Source: Octopus sinensis (Eukaryota). From it: a stretch of DNA of 64,000 nt. The first letter of the stretch is position 1, and each line of letters begins with the position of its first letter. The notes under the pieces are model-generated. The model searched no databases. It was not told where the DNA came from and saw nothing but the letters and a program-made list of their open reading frames with translations. Both the position numbers and the translations under genes were made by a program. The stretch lies in assembly GCF_006345805.1 (NCBI RefSeq), contig NC_043000.1:100502001-100566000 (forward strand), written 5' to 3'. This document shows, piece by piece, positions 10,007 through 21,839 of this stretch.

Positions 10007-11371
10007 ATGAGCCGCCTCTACCAAACGGATGAGATGGAAGGGAGAAATTTCTCTAAAAATTCGTCGACATCTGAGGAGGAGTTGGCGGTGAAAAAAATGG
10101 AAAGCACCTACGCAGGTATAACGAAGAAGTCAACAGAAAAAGAGATAGACCTGGCTAAGTTGACGGACTTCCAGGAGTTCATGAAGGAGGAGGAGAACGG
10201 AGAGGTTGAGCTGTTGCCTCTAGCAGGGCGCGGAGACTGGTTCCATCGTAGAACCATTAAATATAAAGTATTTATGAATGGAGGTAGAAAAATGGAAGTG
10301 ATTAACATGGAAGCAATTGAAGAGGCTTTCAAACAGACAGGAGAAGAAATTGTGTACATGACAAAAGGATTAGAATATGGAACCATAACGGTACAATTTA
10401 AAAGTGAGAAAGCAGCCAGGAATATAGCAGCCAAGGTGGTGAGTACAGAAAAGTTTTACTTGTTCCCCTCGTATTTGAATAGAAGGACCACCAGAATTAG
10501 GGTGGAAGGAATACCTCCACACTTAGAGGGCGTATTAATAACGGCTGCGGTTATCAAAGGAAATGAAGATAAAGTGGACATCCTCCACGCCATTATGAAA
10601 TATGAAGGCGTGAGAGGTGCCACACTAGTAATGAACATACAGACGGAGACGGAAGTTATAGAAAAGCTTACGGACAGTATAAAAACTGGAAATATTATTA
10701 TGAGAGTGTGGGTGGAGGGTAGGGCGCCCAGGTGCTACAAGTGTGGCCTGAGGGGTCACATAAGAGCCTACTGCCCTCCCCCACCAAAGGAAAAAGAAAA
10801 GGAAATCGTCGCGGAAGCCCCAAAAGAGGAAGAAACCAGAGAGAACCAAACGGAAAAAGAAACGACAGAAGAAGAGGAGATGCAACAAGAGTGGGAAGAA
10901 GGAAGAAAAAAGAGAAAAAGAAAGAAAAAGAAAAACTGTGCGAAGCCCCAACCCACCCCAACACCACCCGCACCCTCTGAATCCCACCCTTCCCCTGCAG
11001 ACAGTGAACCCACCCGCTCCCCTCCAACAAGAAAACAAAAGAAAAATAATAATACAGACAGACAAGAGTTTGAAAACGAACCCAGGCCGAACATTTATAT
11101 TGTGACTGAACAGAAAGAGGTTGAAAGGGTAATGGAGGAGTATGAATGGTATGAAATGGATGGGACCAGATATGCAGTGCTGGAAAAGAAGAATATAGAT
11201 GAGTTTGTGTTGAGGTGTGAAAGGGAGAATTGGGAGGTGAAAGATACAAGAATGAGCGATGAATTCGTGGAATATATGGAGGACAGTTTCGGAGTAAGAA
11301 TGGCTATGGATGGTCTTCGTATTGGGAATGAACATTCGGGTGACAGTGAAAACAAAAGGACAGGTAAGTGA
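10007..11371 (+). CDS. Non-LTR retrotransposon ORF1/gag-like protein, unit 2 (454 aa from the first ATG)
   Basis: Intact ORF (track 9881-11371) paralogous to unit 1; CYKCGLRGHIRAYC; ends RTGK* like unit 1. Confidence 0.85.
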   Translation: MSRLYQTDEMEGRNFSKNSSTSEEELAVKKMESTYAGITKKSTEKEIDLAKLTDFQEFMKEEENGEVELLPLAGRGDWFHRRTIKYKVFMNGGRKMEVINMEAIEEAFKQTGEEIVYMTKGLEYGTITVQFKSEKAARNIAAKVVSTEKFYLFPSYLNRRTTRIRVEGIPPHLEGVLITAAVIKGNEDKVDILHAIMKYEGVRGATLVMNIQTETEVIEKLTDSIKTGNIIMRVWVEGRAPRCYKCGLRGHIRAYCPPPPKEKEKEIVAEAPKEEETRENQTEKETTEEEEMQQEWEEGRKKRKRKKKKNCAKPQPTPTPPAPSESHPSPADSEPTRSPPTRKQKKNNNTDRQEFENEPRPNIYIVTEQKEVERVMEEYEWYEMDGTRYAVLEKKNIDEFVLRCERENWEVKDTRMSDEFVEYMEDSFGVRMAMDGLRIGNEHSGDSENKRTGK

Positions 11372-11525
11372 TGCTGGCGGAGGGGGCCGTTAGCATCGCT
11401 TTCATATTATCATTTTTTCATTTTATATTCATTTGCTCATAAATTTAATCATATTGTTCTATGTCCCCCATGTTTTGTTATGTCCGCCATTCTTCGTAGC
11501 CCCTGGTGGGTAATAAAGAAATAAC

Positions 11526-11840
11526 ATGGAGGAAAGCACCTTCGAAAAGTGTCTTGGTGCGACTATGAAAGATATCTAATCAGAGGCGGTAAATTCGCCA
11601 CAATAGAAGCAAGGTTCGAGTCAACGGAGCGTGCAAGGGAGTACTCGACTCGAACTTGCAAAGTGGAAATATTTCATTTTTACCTTTATATCTGGGACGT
11701 AGGACGTCCCGGAAAAAAATTTAAAATGCTCCCCCCCCCCCAAAAAAAAAAGTAGAGGTAGGCTGGATTGTAGCCACACTTCTATACAAGAGAGAGGACA
11801 AGGTACAATTGATCGAAATTGCAAGAGACGGGCTTACAAT
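11526..11840 (+). pseudogene. Third, diverged and frameshifted ORF1 fragment
   Basis: YLIRGGKFATIEARFESTERAREYST aligns to FLTRGSKYGTVVVHFKSENAARKMAA; VEVGWIVATLLYKREDKVQLI aligns to VEAEWIVEAVISGHEEEVDIL. Confidence 0.7.
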
Positions 11841-12019
11841 TCCAGCCTGTTATATATTTTGAGTATTGTTATCACTAGCGATATCAAGATATAACTTTGT
11901 ATTTTGCATTTTATGTGTTGATGTATATATATAGATGTACATGTAATATGTACACATATATATACACATATTACATGCACTAGCACTATGACCCGGCAAC
12001 GACGGGTCTTTAATGGTAG

Positions 12020-12207
12020 TATATATATATATATATATATATATATAACAGGCTTCTTTCAGTTTCCGTCCACGAAATCCACTCACAAGGCTATGGCCGA
12101 CTCGATGCTATAGCATAACACACTTGCGCAAAGTACCATGCAGTGGGACCGAACCCAGAACCATGTGGTTGGGAAGCAAGCTTCTTACCACGCAGCCACG
12201 CCTACGT
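12020..12207 (-). mobile_element. Family A SINE, head half (partner of 7461-7658)
   Basis: (TA)n, then ACAGGCTTCTTTCAGTTTCCG...CTTACCACGCAGCCACGCCTACG, as in the intact copy 33751-34156. Confidence 0.8.
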
Positions 12208-12746
12208 CTACATTTTCTTAAGAGGATTGCTATTATTTTTTATTGTTGTTACTGCTGCTACTGTTGTTGTTGTTGTTGCTATTGTTGTTGTTTCTCTGAT
12301 GGAGCTGACATATATTCAAAGGTAATTCTGCCGCTATCACAGTGTCATTGACTTAAATCTAATATATATATAAGTACTTCTTTATCGAATGTGACTTCTT
12401 TAAAAGACCATTGAGTGGCATTTGAAGGAGATATTACACTCCTATTTCTGGCAGAGACCCCTCCCGCAGTCTTTTTGATAAGTGGTCGTAATCATAATTG
12501 GATAGTAATGCCAGCAGCATTGATAGTTGAGCTGTGTTCATGCTTGTAGTGGATGGTGGTTATGGTAGTAACTATGTTGTTTTTGTGGTTGGAGGTGGTG
12601 GTGGTGGTGGTGATGGTGGTGATGTTGTCGGTGGTGGTGATTGTGTTACAAAGGATTGCCTTTCTTCTGAGTGGGTAATGTCTTACTGCATATGGCGCCT
12701 GGAGGAAAGAGAAAGAGAGCGCAGTGGTAAGAGGAAAAAACAGAGC

Positions 12747-12786
<40 letters not shown>

Positions 12787-13291
12787 AATGAGGGAGTAAG
12801 AGGGAGCGGCATATACATTTGTATATATGTGTTTGTGTGTGCATGTGTGCAGAGAGTGTAGGAGGGAGAGAGAGAGAAAGAGAGGAAGAGAGACGACATA
12901 CAGACTGGGATGGGGAATGAAAGGAGTAAAAGGAAGTGCATTTGGTCAAGATTATGCTGCAAGACAGAAACACTTCAATCATAATCTCGTAATCTTTGAT
13001 CAGAAAAGACTTGTTTTAGAAGTTCTTAAAATATTTTTTTCGAACTGTCGGGCATATTTAATTTTCTCAAAACCTTTCTTTTGATTTCGAATTTCAACAA
13101 CCTGTATTTTAAAACGCGCCATCTTGTTTCTTTTGTTAGCTTTTGCTTTTGTCACTTTATAACATAAATATACAACACTTTACCTATAACCTAGATACTA
13201 ACGATATTCTACCGATAGACCACATCAAATTCACCTACGCATTCCTTATATTAAAGCATTCATTCATTCTTTTGCTATTATCCAAGCTAAA

Positions 13292-14182
13292 GGCGGCGAG
13301 CTGGCAGAAACGTTAGTACGCCAGACGAAATGCGTAGCCGTATTTCGTCTGGCATTACGTTCTGAGTTCAAATTCCGCCGAGGTCGACTTTACCTTTCAT
13401 CCTCTTGGGGTCGATAAATTAAGTACCAGTTACGCACTGGGGTCGATGTAATCGACTTAATCCGTTTGTCTGTCCTTGTTTGTCCCCTCTGTGTTTAGCC
13501 CCTTGTGGGTAGTAAAGAAATAACTATTATTCAAACTAAGGCGGCGAGCTGGCAGAAACGTTAGCACGCCGAGCGAAATACTTAGCGGTATTTCGTCTGC
13601 CGCTACGTTCTGAGTTCAAATTCCACATCAAATTCACCTACGCATTCCTTATATTACAGCGTCCATTCATTCTTTTAAATTAAGTACCAGTTACGCACTG
13701 GGGTCGATGTAATCGACTTAATCCGTTTGTCTGTCCTTGTTTATCCGCTCTGTGTTTAGCCCCTTGTGGGTAGTAAAGAAATAGGTATTTCACCCATCTT
13801 AACATTCTGAGTTCAAATTCCACCTAAGTCGACTTTGTCGTTCATTCATTCGGGGCTGATGAAATAGGTACCAGTTACGTACTGGGGTCGTTATCATCGA
13901 CTACCTCCTCACCCAAATTCCAGGCCTTATGCTATAATAGAAAGAATGTTAGGATCCATACTCAACCTTATATTACTTTTCTACTCTAGGCACAAAGCCC
14001 AAAATGTTTGGGGAAGGGGGCCAGTCGATTGAAGCGACCCCAGTACGCAACTGGCACTTAATTTATCGACCCCAAAAGGATGAAAGGCAAAGTCGACCTC
14101 GGCGGAATTTGAACGTAAAGAGAGACGAAACACCGCTAAGCATTTCACCCGGCGTGCTAACGTATCTGCCAGCTCGAGGCCT
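13292..14182. mobile_element. Cluster of four family B SINEs (tRNA head plus Meta-like core)
   Basis: GGCGGCGAGCTGGCAGAAACG...GAGTTCAAATTCC...CCTTTCATCC..GGGGTCGATAAATTAAGTACCAG; copies at 13292-13522 (+), 13540-13783 (+), 13784-13947 (+, partial), 13985-14182 (-). Confidence 0.85.
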
Positions 14183-14630
14183 TACTCAACCTTATATTCC
14201 ACTCATGCTTTCCCACAAGCCGCTTTGTTCCTGTTCATACTTTACCCACACTCAACTTATATTCCGCTTGTATGTTACTCACGCTCCAACAGCTTATATA
14301 CTTCACACACATTCCAACTATATTCCACTCATACTATATCTACACTCCACCTATATTCCTCTCATAGTTCATCCACACTCCTGATATGTTCCACTCACAA
14401 ATCACCCACCATAAAACTACATGCCACTCATACTTAACCCATATTCCATCTAAGTATTCCTCATAATTCACCAATAGTCTACCGTTATTCCACTCATATA
14501 TCACCCACATTGTACTAGCAATTCACTTATATTTCCTTTATACATTACTCACACTCCAAAAATATTCCACTCACTTCAATAATAATCCATGCAGGTTCAC
14601 TCAGATTTCCCAAACACTCTACTCGCGCAT
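14180..14630 (+). repeat. Degenerate ATATTCCACTCA-type minisatellite
   Basis: Same motif family as 5490-5860 (e.g. CATACTTAACCCATATTCCA shared). Confidence 0.65.
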
Positions 14631-14999
14631 ACACTAAAGAAGCGTATTTATTACGATGTTTAGCCTAAGTGTCATTGGCACGCGGAATATTGACTGAAGT
14701 TGTGGCGTTCATGTTTTTCATAACGACGTAAGTGATAAGTAGTTTCCATTGTTGTTGGTTATAACCGGATCATCTTTCATTAAGCAGAGCGAAGGTCGAA
14801 GGTCAAAGATATTCCCAGCATGATTGTCATGCATTTCTCTTTTGTTTTTCAAACATAATGTGTGTGTGTACATGTATGTATAAATATGTATGTATATATG
14901 TGTATATGTATTATGTGTGTGTGTATATATATATATATGTGTGTATGTGTGTGTTTGTGTATATTTCTGTGTATCTATCTATCAATCAATCAATCTAAC

Positions 15000-15037
<38 letters not shown>

Positions 15038-15049
15038 ATATATATATAT

Positions 15050-15597
15050 TATGTCAGGTCACTTTCAAGTGCTACTAGTAACATGTAACCCAGTACAATC
15101 TGTTGCATGGTTGGGTTGTCGGCGACTAAACCGGCAACCCCACCAAGCTTGCTTGGTGAGGAGGGTGTTTATTGGACACCCTGCGGGATGAAAAACAAAA
15201 CCCGTCAAAGGGCGGAGGAACTCTTGAGAGTCAACGGCCATCCAATAAATGTCTTAAGGCTGTATCATGCGCGGGGACATAGAAATAATCGGACTGAATA
15301 CCCGATCGCGCGGTTAAACCATTGGGAGTGAAGGACTCCTAGCCTTTGTTAGGGCATCCTTCTAGGAGGTGGTAACTCAGGTAACTGGGATAACTCCGAC
15401 ATAAAACCTGCGGCTCAGTGGTTACCGATGATGTTGACTTGTTCTTCTGTTCGGATTAAGGCTGCTGTTGCTTACTGAGTGGGATTGACTCAGTGCACAG
15501 CCTTTCCTCACTTTAAAAAATCTTCTTGCACAGGCATTGCACGATAACAACATTGATTAAGCTTCGTGCAATGGCCATTCTCGATAACGAGGGGGCA
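15050..15597 (+). mobile_element. GC-richer repeat resembling an RTE-clade LINE 5' UTR
   Basis: GGCAACCCCACC...GGGCATCCTTCTAGGAGGTGGTAACTC...TAAAACCTGC recalls RTE 5' UTR motifs; flanked by (TA)n. Family assignment is from recall only. Confidence 0.35.
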
Positions 15598-15601
15598 GCC
15601 A

Positions 15602-15639
<38 letters not shown>

Positions 15640-16044
15640 TATATATGGTTTATATATATATATAACTTATAAACAAGGGCAAAAAAAAATTATTTCCATG
15701 CCAATATGCCGATAACAGACTTTAACTCATCAATTTCCACATATTGTTATACACTCACTATAAATACACGCCGTGCTGAAGTCGGGAAGCTAGTCAACGG
15801 AACTGTTTTTAAAAAAAGTTCGTTATTTCTATATTGAATCAATTTTGGAATTAATCCCATGGATATTTTTCCTCTTCGGTAGAAAATACGATAAGAAATA
15901 AATGAAATACTTACACTATCCCATGGAAAAATGCAGAAGCAAAAGTCATGAGTACTCGTAAGTACCCCAGTTATATCTAAATATAACTCCAAGATACTGA
16001 GTTCGATTCCAGACAGTGACCTGAATAATAATAACAATATATAT

Positions 16045-16096
<52 letters not shown>

Positions 16097-19000
16097 GAAT
16101 GTATATGTGATTTGTGTATGTATGTAATTATAAGATCTAAATGTAGAAAGTTTGTAAGCTTCCAACAGTGTGTGGTAGATATAATGATCAATGTCCATGA
16201 ATAATTATATTTTATTGACGTTTAAGAGCTATCCCATATCAAAATTCAATAAGCTGAAAATATATTTTTATAGATCTCGGTTAGCAACACGAGTTGCTAT
16301 GAATCCGGATAAAATCCAAATCGAGGTTGTGAAGCAGGAGAATTTCAGGCTAATTATGTTTCTTAGCTAGCAGATCCTCTGATGCAATAATTACTCAATG
16401 AGGTGTACTCAACTACCTGCTCATCAGGCCAAAGATACTTTAATTATATGAAGGTTACATCATTGTTAACTCACCGAGGATTTAATTTGAAATGTAAGTA
16501 TGTATGTATGTATGTATGTATGTATGTATGTATGCATGTATGTATACAGTTACTATTGGGCAAGGCGCAACACGCTGTTATACTTGTATGTGCACGTCTG
16601 GGCAAGAATTTTTTCAGGATAACCATCTGTTACCCATATATGCAAGTTCTCTTTCTCTCTCTCTCTCTCTACATGCCTGTAATGATTTTTTAACGGAGTG
16701 GGCTCCTAATTTGAACCGGTAGAGCTCAGCACAATTGATCTTGATAGAACCTGAACAATCCAAGATAACGAAAGTAATCTTGCCCGACCTTTTAACAGTT
16801 AGACAAATCCACTGCTATGAATTTATACTTTATTGTAGATCCGGAAAGGGATAAGAAACATAGCTTATATAGAATTGTATTAACATTTAAATATACCTTA
16901 AATCTGTTTTTAAAATGCTTGAGAATAGCACAGGCTTGCCATGACTGACGTATCTATGATCATTATGTGGTGAACGTTGGATATAATGCCTGGCGGAATT
17001 CGTTTCAGCTCTATGCGTCCGGAGTTCAAATCTTACCGAAATCAACTTTATCTTTGATCCATTCGGGGTCGAGGAAAAACGTTGTGTTTTCTTTTCTTTA
17101 TCAGCAGTTTGGCAGAACCGTAAGAAAGTCGAACTGTATTCATTGCGCTACTTGTTCCGGCTCTTTGCCTTCTGTGGACCCTACTCTTTAGCAAGCATTC
17201 TAACCAGGTCACCAACTTGAGAATACCACCCTCTCCTTTTTCCACCAATTTTGGAGGTCCTGTAAAATATCATGGGTATTTTACCGCACTCCTAACTAAA
17301 ATAAAGAAGAAAAAACACACCAGTAACTGCATAGAGGTTTGTCATTAAATAGTTTCCATTGTTGTAGCGATAGAGACGGTGGTTTTTTTTTAAAGACTTT
17401 GGTTTATAAAGAGAGCCCTAAAGTCATCTATATCATATAATAGCAGCTTCTAAGTACCAGCCGACGAATCTTGTTAGATATACGGTGCAGCCACCGGTTA
17501 CAGTGGTGAAAGTTCTATTGATCCGTAGTTACTTCTTTATTGCTAGGGAAATTGAAGATTTTAGGGAGTTCAGTCCTTTGGCTATGGACTAATCGTTATG
17601 TAGGTGGTAGGATGTGAACAGCCGGCCTCTAATTCATTTATTTATTGTACAGTAATTCGTTATCTCTAAAGAAAGACAAACTGACAGAAAAAAATTACAG
17701 AAATATAAAATGCCTATTATCTTGTGGAGGGAGTTACATGCATTGAGATAAGGAACATCTGTCTCGAATGAAGTTAATCATATCATGCATGATGCGACTC
17801 CATTGGATTAGGGATAAATTTCGTTAAGATAAGAGGACTAAAGATCTCCCTTGGACAGCGCAGAAGTACTTGTTTTTACAGCATACACCCCACCCCCACA
17901 CACTCATACACATACACAGAATAGTACACACACTTAAAGGAAAACACGCCCTCATACATTATCACATTATAATCACTAACCGATGTACCGTGTCCTCTCT
18001 CCAACTACTCTGCAGTTGCTACAACGGTTTCTGCTCTTCCTAATCAATAACTTGCTTGGCGCCACACGCTAAACAACTTGTTTAGCCGTTGACTTCCAAC
18101 AGTTTAAGCAGAACATTTTATGTATCACTCTCAGAGACTCAGTGGACACGCAAAGGTTATAGGTGTTACCGCTCCTTGGAGAAAACAAAAAAATTGCAGC
18201 TGCGATTTGAAGAAGTAGAGGTAGTCACATCGCGGTGGTTGAAGCATAATGTTGAGTGGATATTTGCTATCATTCTGATAACTGTTTAAAATCATGTGGT
18301 GGAGGTGTATCGTTTGCATGGTGGTGGATTAGTAGAGGTCGTAGGTGTTGTTGAGTAGAAGCTTGCTTGTCTATCAATCAGTTAACCCTCTGAGGTGAAG
18401 GGAAGTGCGTTCCTCTGGCAGAGAGTTAGTGATTGTAGCTTATTGGTCGGTTAACATTTCGAGTTTGAAGCGAATACAGTTCAGAAAGATTGTGTGTATG
18501 TCAACCTCACTAAATAATATTTCATATGAAAAGGAAACAAAATGAATAAATAGATAAAAAAAAATAGAGGAATAGACATGATGCTGTCACCCTATTTAAC
18601 GGTCCCAAAGGAATATATTGATTTATTTGATATATTTCGACTTGTTGGTGTCAGAGAGCAAAGAACTTATGCTGATAATGTTTTTTCAAGACAAGCCGAG
18701 TGAAGGAAAAAAGGTTAGAAGTTACAAAATGATCGATGCTGTTTACTATATGTTTGAAATCGTATATTTGATGAAGGCAAAAAGTTGCTGTATTATCTAT
18801 CTTCACCGTTTGACTTGTTATTTACATTTCGTTTCGGTCGCTGTGGAGTCTGACATTTTCCCAGTGATACAATAGCGTTTTACACGTGATAACTATCGGT
18901 CTCATAACTAAAAGTATGGTTTTAATTATAATTTCTTAGCTTGCTGCATCAAGTTTGTTAGCGCCTATTTTACTTCTAAGTTGTTATGCAACAAGTATCA

Positions 19001-19179
19001 GTAATTTCTTTAAGGTAATAATGCCAGTGTATGTTCATTAGCAACCATTCTCTTGTCATTCTAAGGTCTGCAATAACATTTAGACTAACTTTAACTGAGA
19101 TAGTCTGACATCATTGAAATATAAGTAGAGCTTATCACTATTACTGAAGATCAGACTCACTATCTACCTCGTTCACCTT

Positions 19180-20300
19180 GAAATCAATGTTCAGATTACC
19201 GGGTGGGGGTTAGGATGAAATTGATTTCAAATTATCACTAGGGTAAATCGAAACCGATTTCATCCTATACATGATTCAGATTACCACCCTACTCAAAGTC
19301 TTCCTCGAATGTTCATCACCCTGGCGGTAAATAATAGAATTTAAAAAAATTGTTATTACCATCATCGTAATAATATTTTTTTTCTTTGTTAGTTATCATA
19401 AATTTCAATAAGAATAATTTATGAATACCTTCAGAAAAACAGAGGTTTCTGTTAACAGAGGTAACGTGTGAGATCATTCATGTATATGTAAAAGTTTTTT
19501 GCTTGTGTATGCGTTAGGTATACAAATGTTTCTACATAAATTTACATTGCTTATATTTAAAGTGTATAAATATATTTTTTGTATAATAAATATGTTTCGT
19601 TTGCATCTAAAGAGTATTTATATATTTCGTTTTGTGTATAATTATATTACTTTTGCATTTAACGTGTATTAATATATTTTGTCATGTATAATATATATTT
19701 CGATCGTATTTGAAATGTATAAATATATTTTTAATTATATTTTATCTTTAAAAAATTGAAACTGAAATAATAGTTTAAAATTATCAAGAAGTAAAACAAA
19801 CGAAAGCTTCCTAGTACAAACATAGCACATATATTTGTACACTTAAATACAAGGAAAACATATTTATGGGGAAAAAAGTAGTACGGTTGCAAATCCTCTA
19901 ATCCAAATAGGTTTCTCATAAAAAAAAAAAAACGAAAACCAATGTTTATATTTTAAAAAATTGCAAACTCAGAATCTCTGATGTTCAAAGTGTTTTTTAA
20001 CGCTATCACATAAACGTTAAGGGATGTTTTAAAAATCCAATGTTTATTTTTATATTTTGCACATTTTAAGATAAGTTTACAATCTTGAATGCTACACTTG
20101 TATAATAAAACTATAAACGTGTTATATGTTGTAAGCTTTAGAGTTTATCGTTTTGGCGAAATCGAAGTGGCAATGAGAACAATGCAAAGGTAATCTGAAA
20201 TCGGGTTCAGATTACCCCCACCACACACACACACCGCCCCTAAGAGTAATTTGAAATTGATTTAAGATTACCGGGGTTTAAATTAACATGGGAGGGTGGA
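19180..20300 (+). mobile_element. AT-rich non-autonomous element with subterminal GATTACC/GGTAATC repeats
   Basis: Inverted diverged homolog at ~57290-58500 (CAAACTCAGAATCTCTGATGTTCAAAGTG vs CACTTTGAACATCAAAGATTCTGAGTTT). Confidence 0.6.
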
Positions 20301-20399
20301 AAGTAACTTGGTGTCTTTATACCGGTCCAGTGAAGAAAGAAAGAGAAAGGTCCATTAGACAAATTAAATTTTACTTCATAATTATATATCCTTATTTAC

Positions 20400-20715
20400 T
20401 GGTTTCATTCACCAGACTGTGGCCATGCTGGAGCATTGCGTTGTAAGTATAGTCGAACAAATAGACATCGGCACTTATTAAAAGTCTGGTACCTATTTCA
20501 TCGGTCACTTTTAAGTTACGCGGATGTAAACAAACCATCACCGGTTGTCAAATGACCGGTAAAAGAACATGCATACACATGCGACAGGCTTTCATGCAGT
20601 TTTGCAGTTTCTGTCAATCAATTGCACTCACGAAGTGACACAGAGTGGGACTGAACCTGAACTAGTTCTGAAGCGAACATCTTAACCACACACACATGCG
20701 CACTTATGCCTGCGC
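20400..20715 (-). mobile_element. Degraded family A SINE
   Basis: GACTGTGGCCATGCTGGAGCA tail and AGTGGGACTGAACC head remnants. Confidence 0.6.
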
Positions 20716-20941
20716 CTATATGTTGACAAAAAGAAAAGCTCAGAGGTGAAATACTAAAAAAATTAAAGTATGAAAAATTAAAAAAATAATTTAAAATATG
20801 ACCAATATAAATAAAAATATAATTTAAAAGATAATCAATATAAATAAATAAAAATAAATAGGTAAGCGTAAAAATAACAAACCACATTTTATTAATCTGT
20901 TCAATTATTAATATCATTCTGCCTATCCTTCTTCATGCGAA

Positions 20942-21265
20942 AGCGCATGGCTTAGTGGTTAGAGCATAGAGCTTACGATCGTGAGGTTGTGGGTTCGATT
21001 CCAGGGCCGGGCTGTGTGTTGTGTTCTTGAGCAAGACACTTTAATTCACGTTGTTCCAGTTAAATCAGCTGTAGAAATGCGTTGCGACATTACTGGTGCC
21101 AAGCTGTATCGGCATTTCCCTTGGATAACATCAGTGGTGTGGAGAGGAGAGGCTGATATGCATGGGCGACTGCTGGCCTTCTACAAACAATCTTGCCCTG
21201 ACTGTGCCTCGGAGGGTAACTTTCTAGGTGCAATCCCATGGTCATTCATGACCGAAGGGGGTCTC
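20942..21265 (+). mobile_element. tRNA(Arg)-like SINE (family D) with RTE-like tail
   Basis: GCGCATGGCTTAGTGGTTAG...GGGTTCGATTCC A/B boxes, CTTGAGCAAGACACTT core, tail GGTGCAATCCCATGGTCATTCATGACCGAAGGGGGTC. Confidence 0.7.
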
Positions 21266-21414
21266 CTCCTCTTCCTATTCTTCTTCATGCGTGTGTTTGA
21301 GTTTTACAATTTAAACACAATTAAGTACGGAACGAAACTGAGGACATAATAATCGAAATTTTTTACACAGCGAAAGAACTTCGATACTATTTAAGTAATA
21401 TTGTTTTCAAATTT

Positions 21415-21615
21415 TTACACAAGACAAGCAGTTTTGCGAGAGGCGCTGGGTCGATGTAATCAACTCAATGCTCAACTCGTACTTATTTTGTCAATTCCGA
21501 AAGGATGGAAGGCAAAGTCAATCTCGGCGGGATTTGAACTCAGAACCTAAAAACAGAACAATTGCTGCTAAGCACTTTGCTCGGCGTGCTGACGATTCTG
21601 CCATTTCACCGCCTT
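21415..21615 (-). mobile_element. Family B SINE
   Basis: AAAGGATGGAAGGCAAAGTCAATCTCGGCGGGATTTGAACTCAGAAC. Confidence 0.7.
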
Positions 21616-21747
21616 ACGATTTAGTTAATATTTTAACCATAATACGAGAGCAAAAGTGTTTTCGAGATTTATTAACATAAAAGAAATTCGGATGTCACGC
21701 TTTTAAGAAGCAAACCTTAATGTTATCTGTGTGTGTGTGTGTGTGTG

Positions 21748-21817
<70 letters not shown>

Positions 21818-21839
21818 AAAACATGATGCGAAGGACTCA

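Larger units (their letters stand above)
7659..12019 (+). mobile_element. Non-autonomous Helitron-like element carrying an ORF1 array
   Basis: 5' A|TCTTTATATATATAAAACTGAGAATGTGTGTCCGTCTG; 3' hairpin GACCCG-GCAACGA-CGGGTC (11990-12008), 7 nt, then GTAG|T (CTAG variant); no TSD; flanks rejoin into one SINE. Confidence 0.7.

Noticed and set aside
8313-11335. Antisense ORFs over the ORF1 genes
   Set aside because: Expected shadows of purine-rich coding sequence; no motifs.
16348-16430. Hammerhead-like motif (CTGATGA...GAAAC, minus strand)
   Set aside because: Stem II base and stem III are mismatched; at best a decayed copy.
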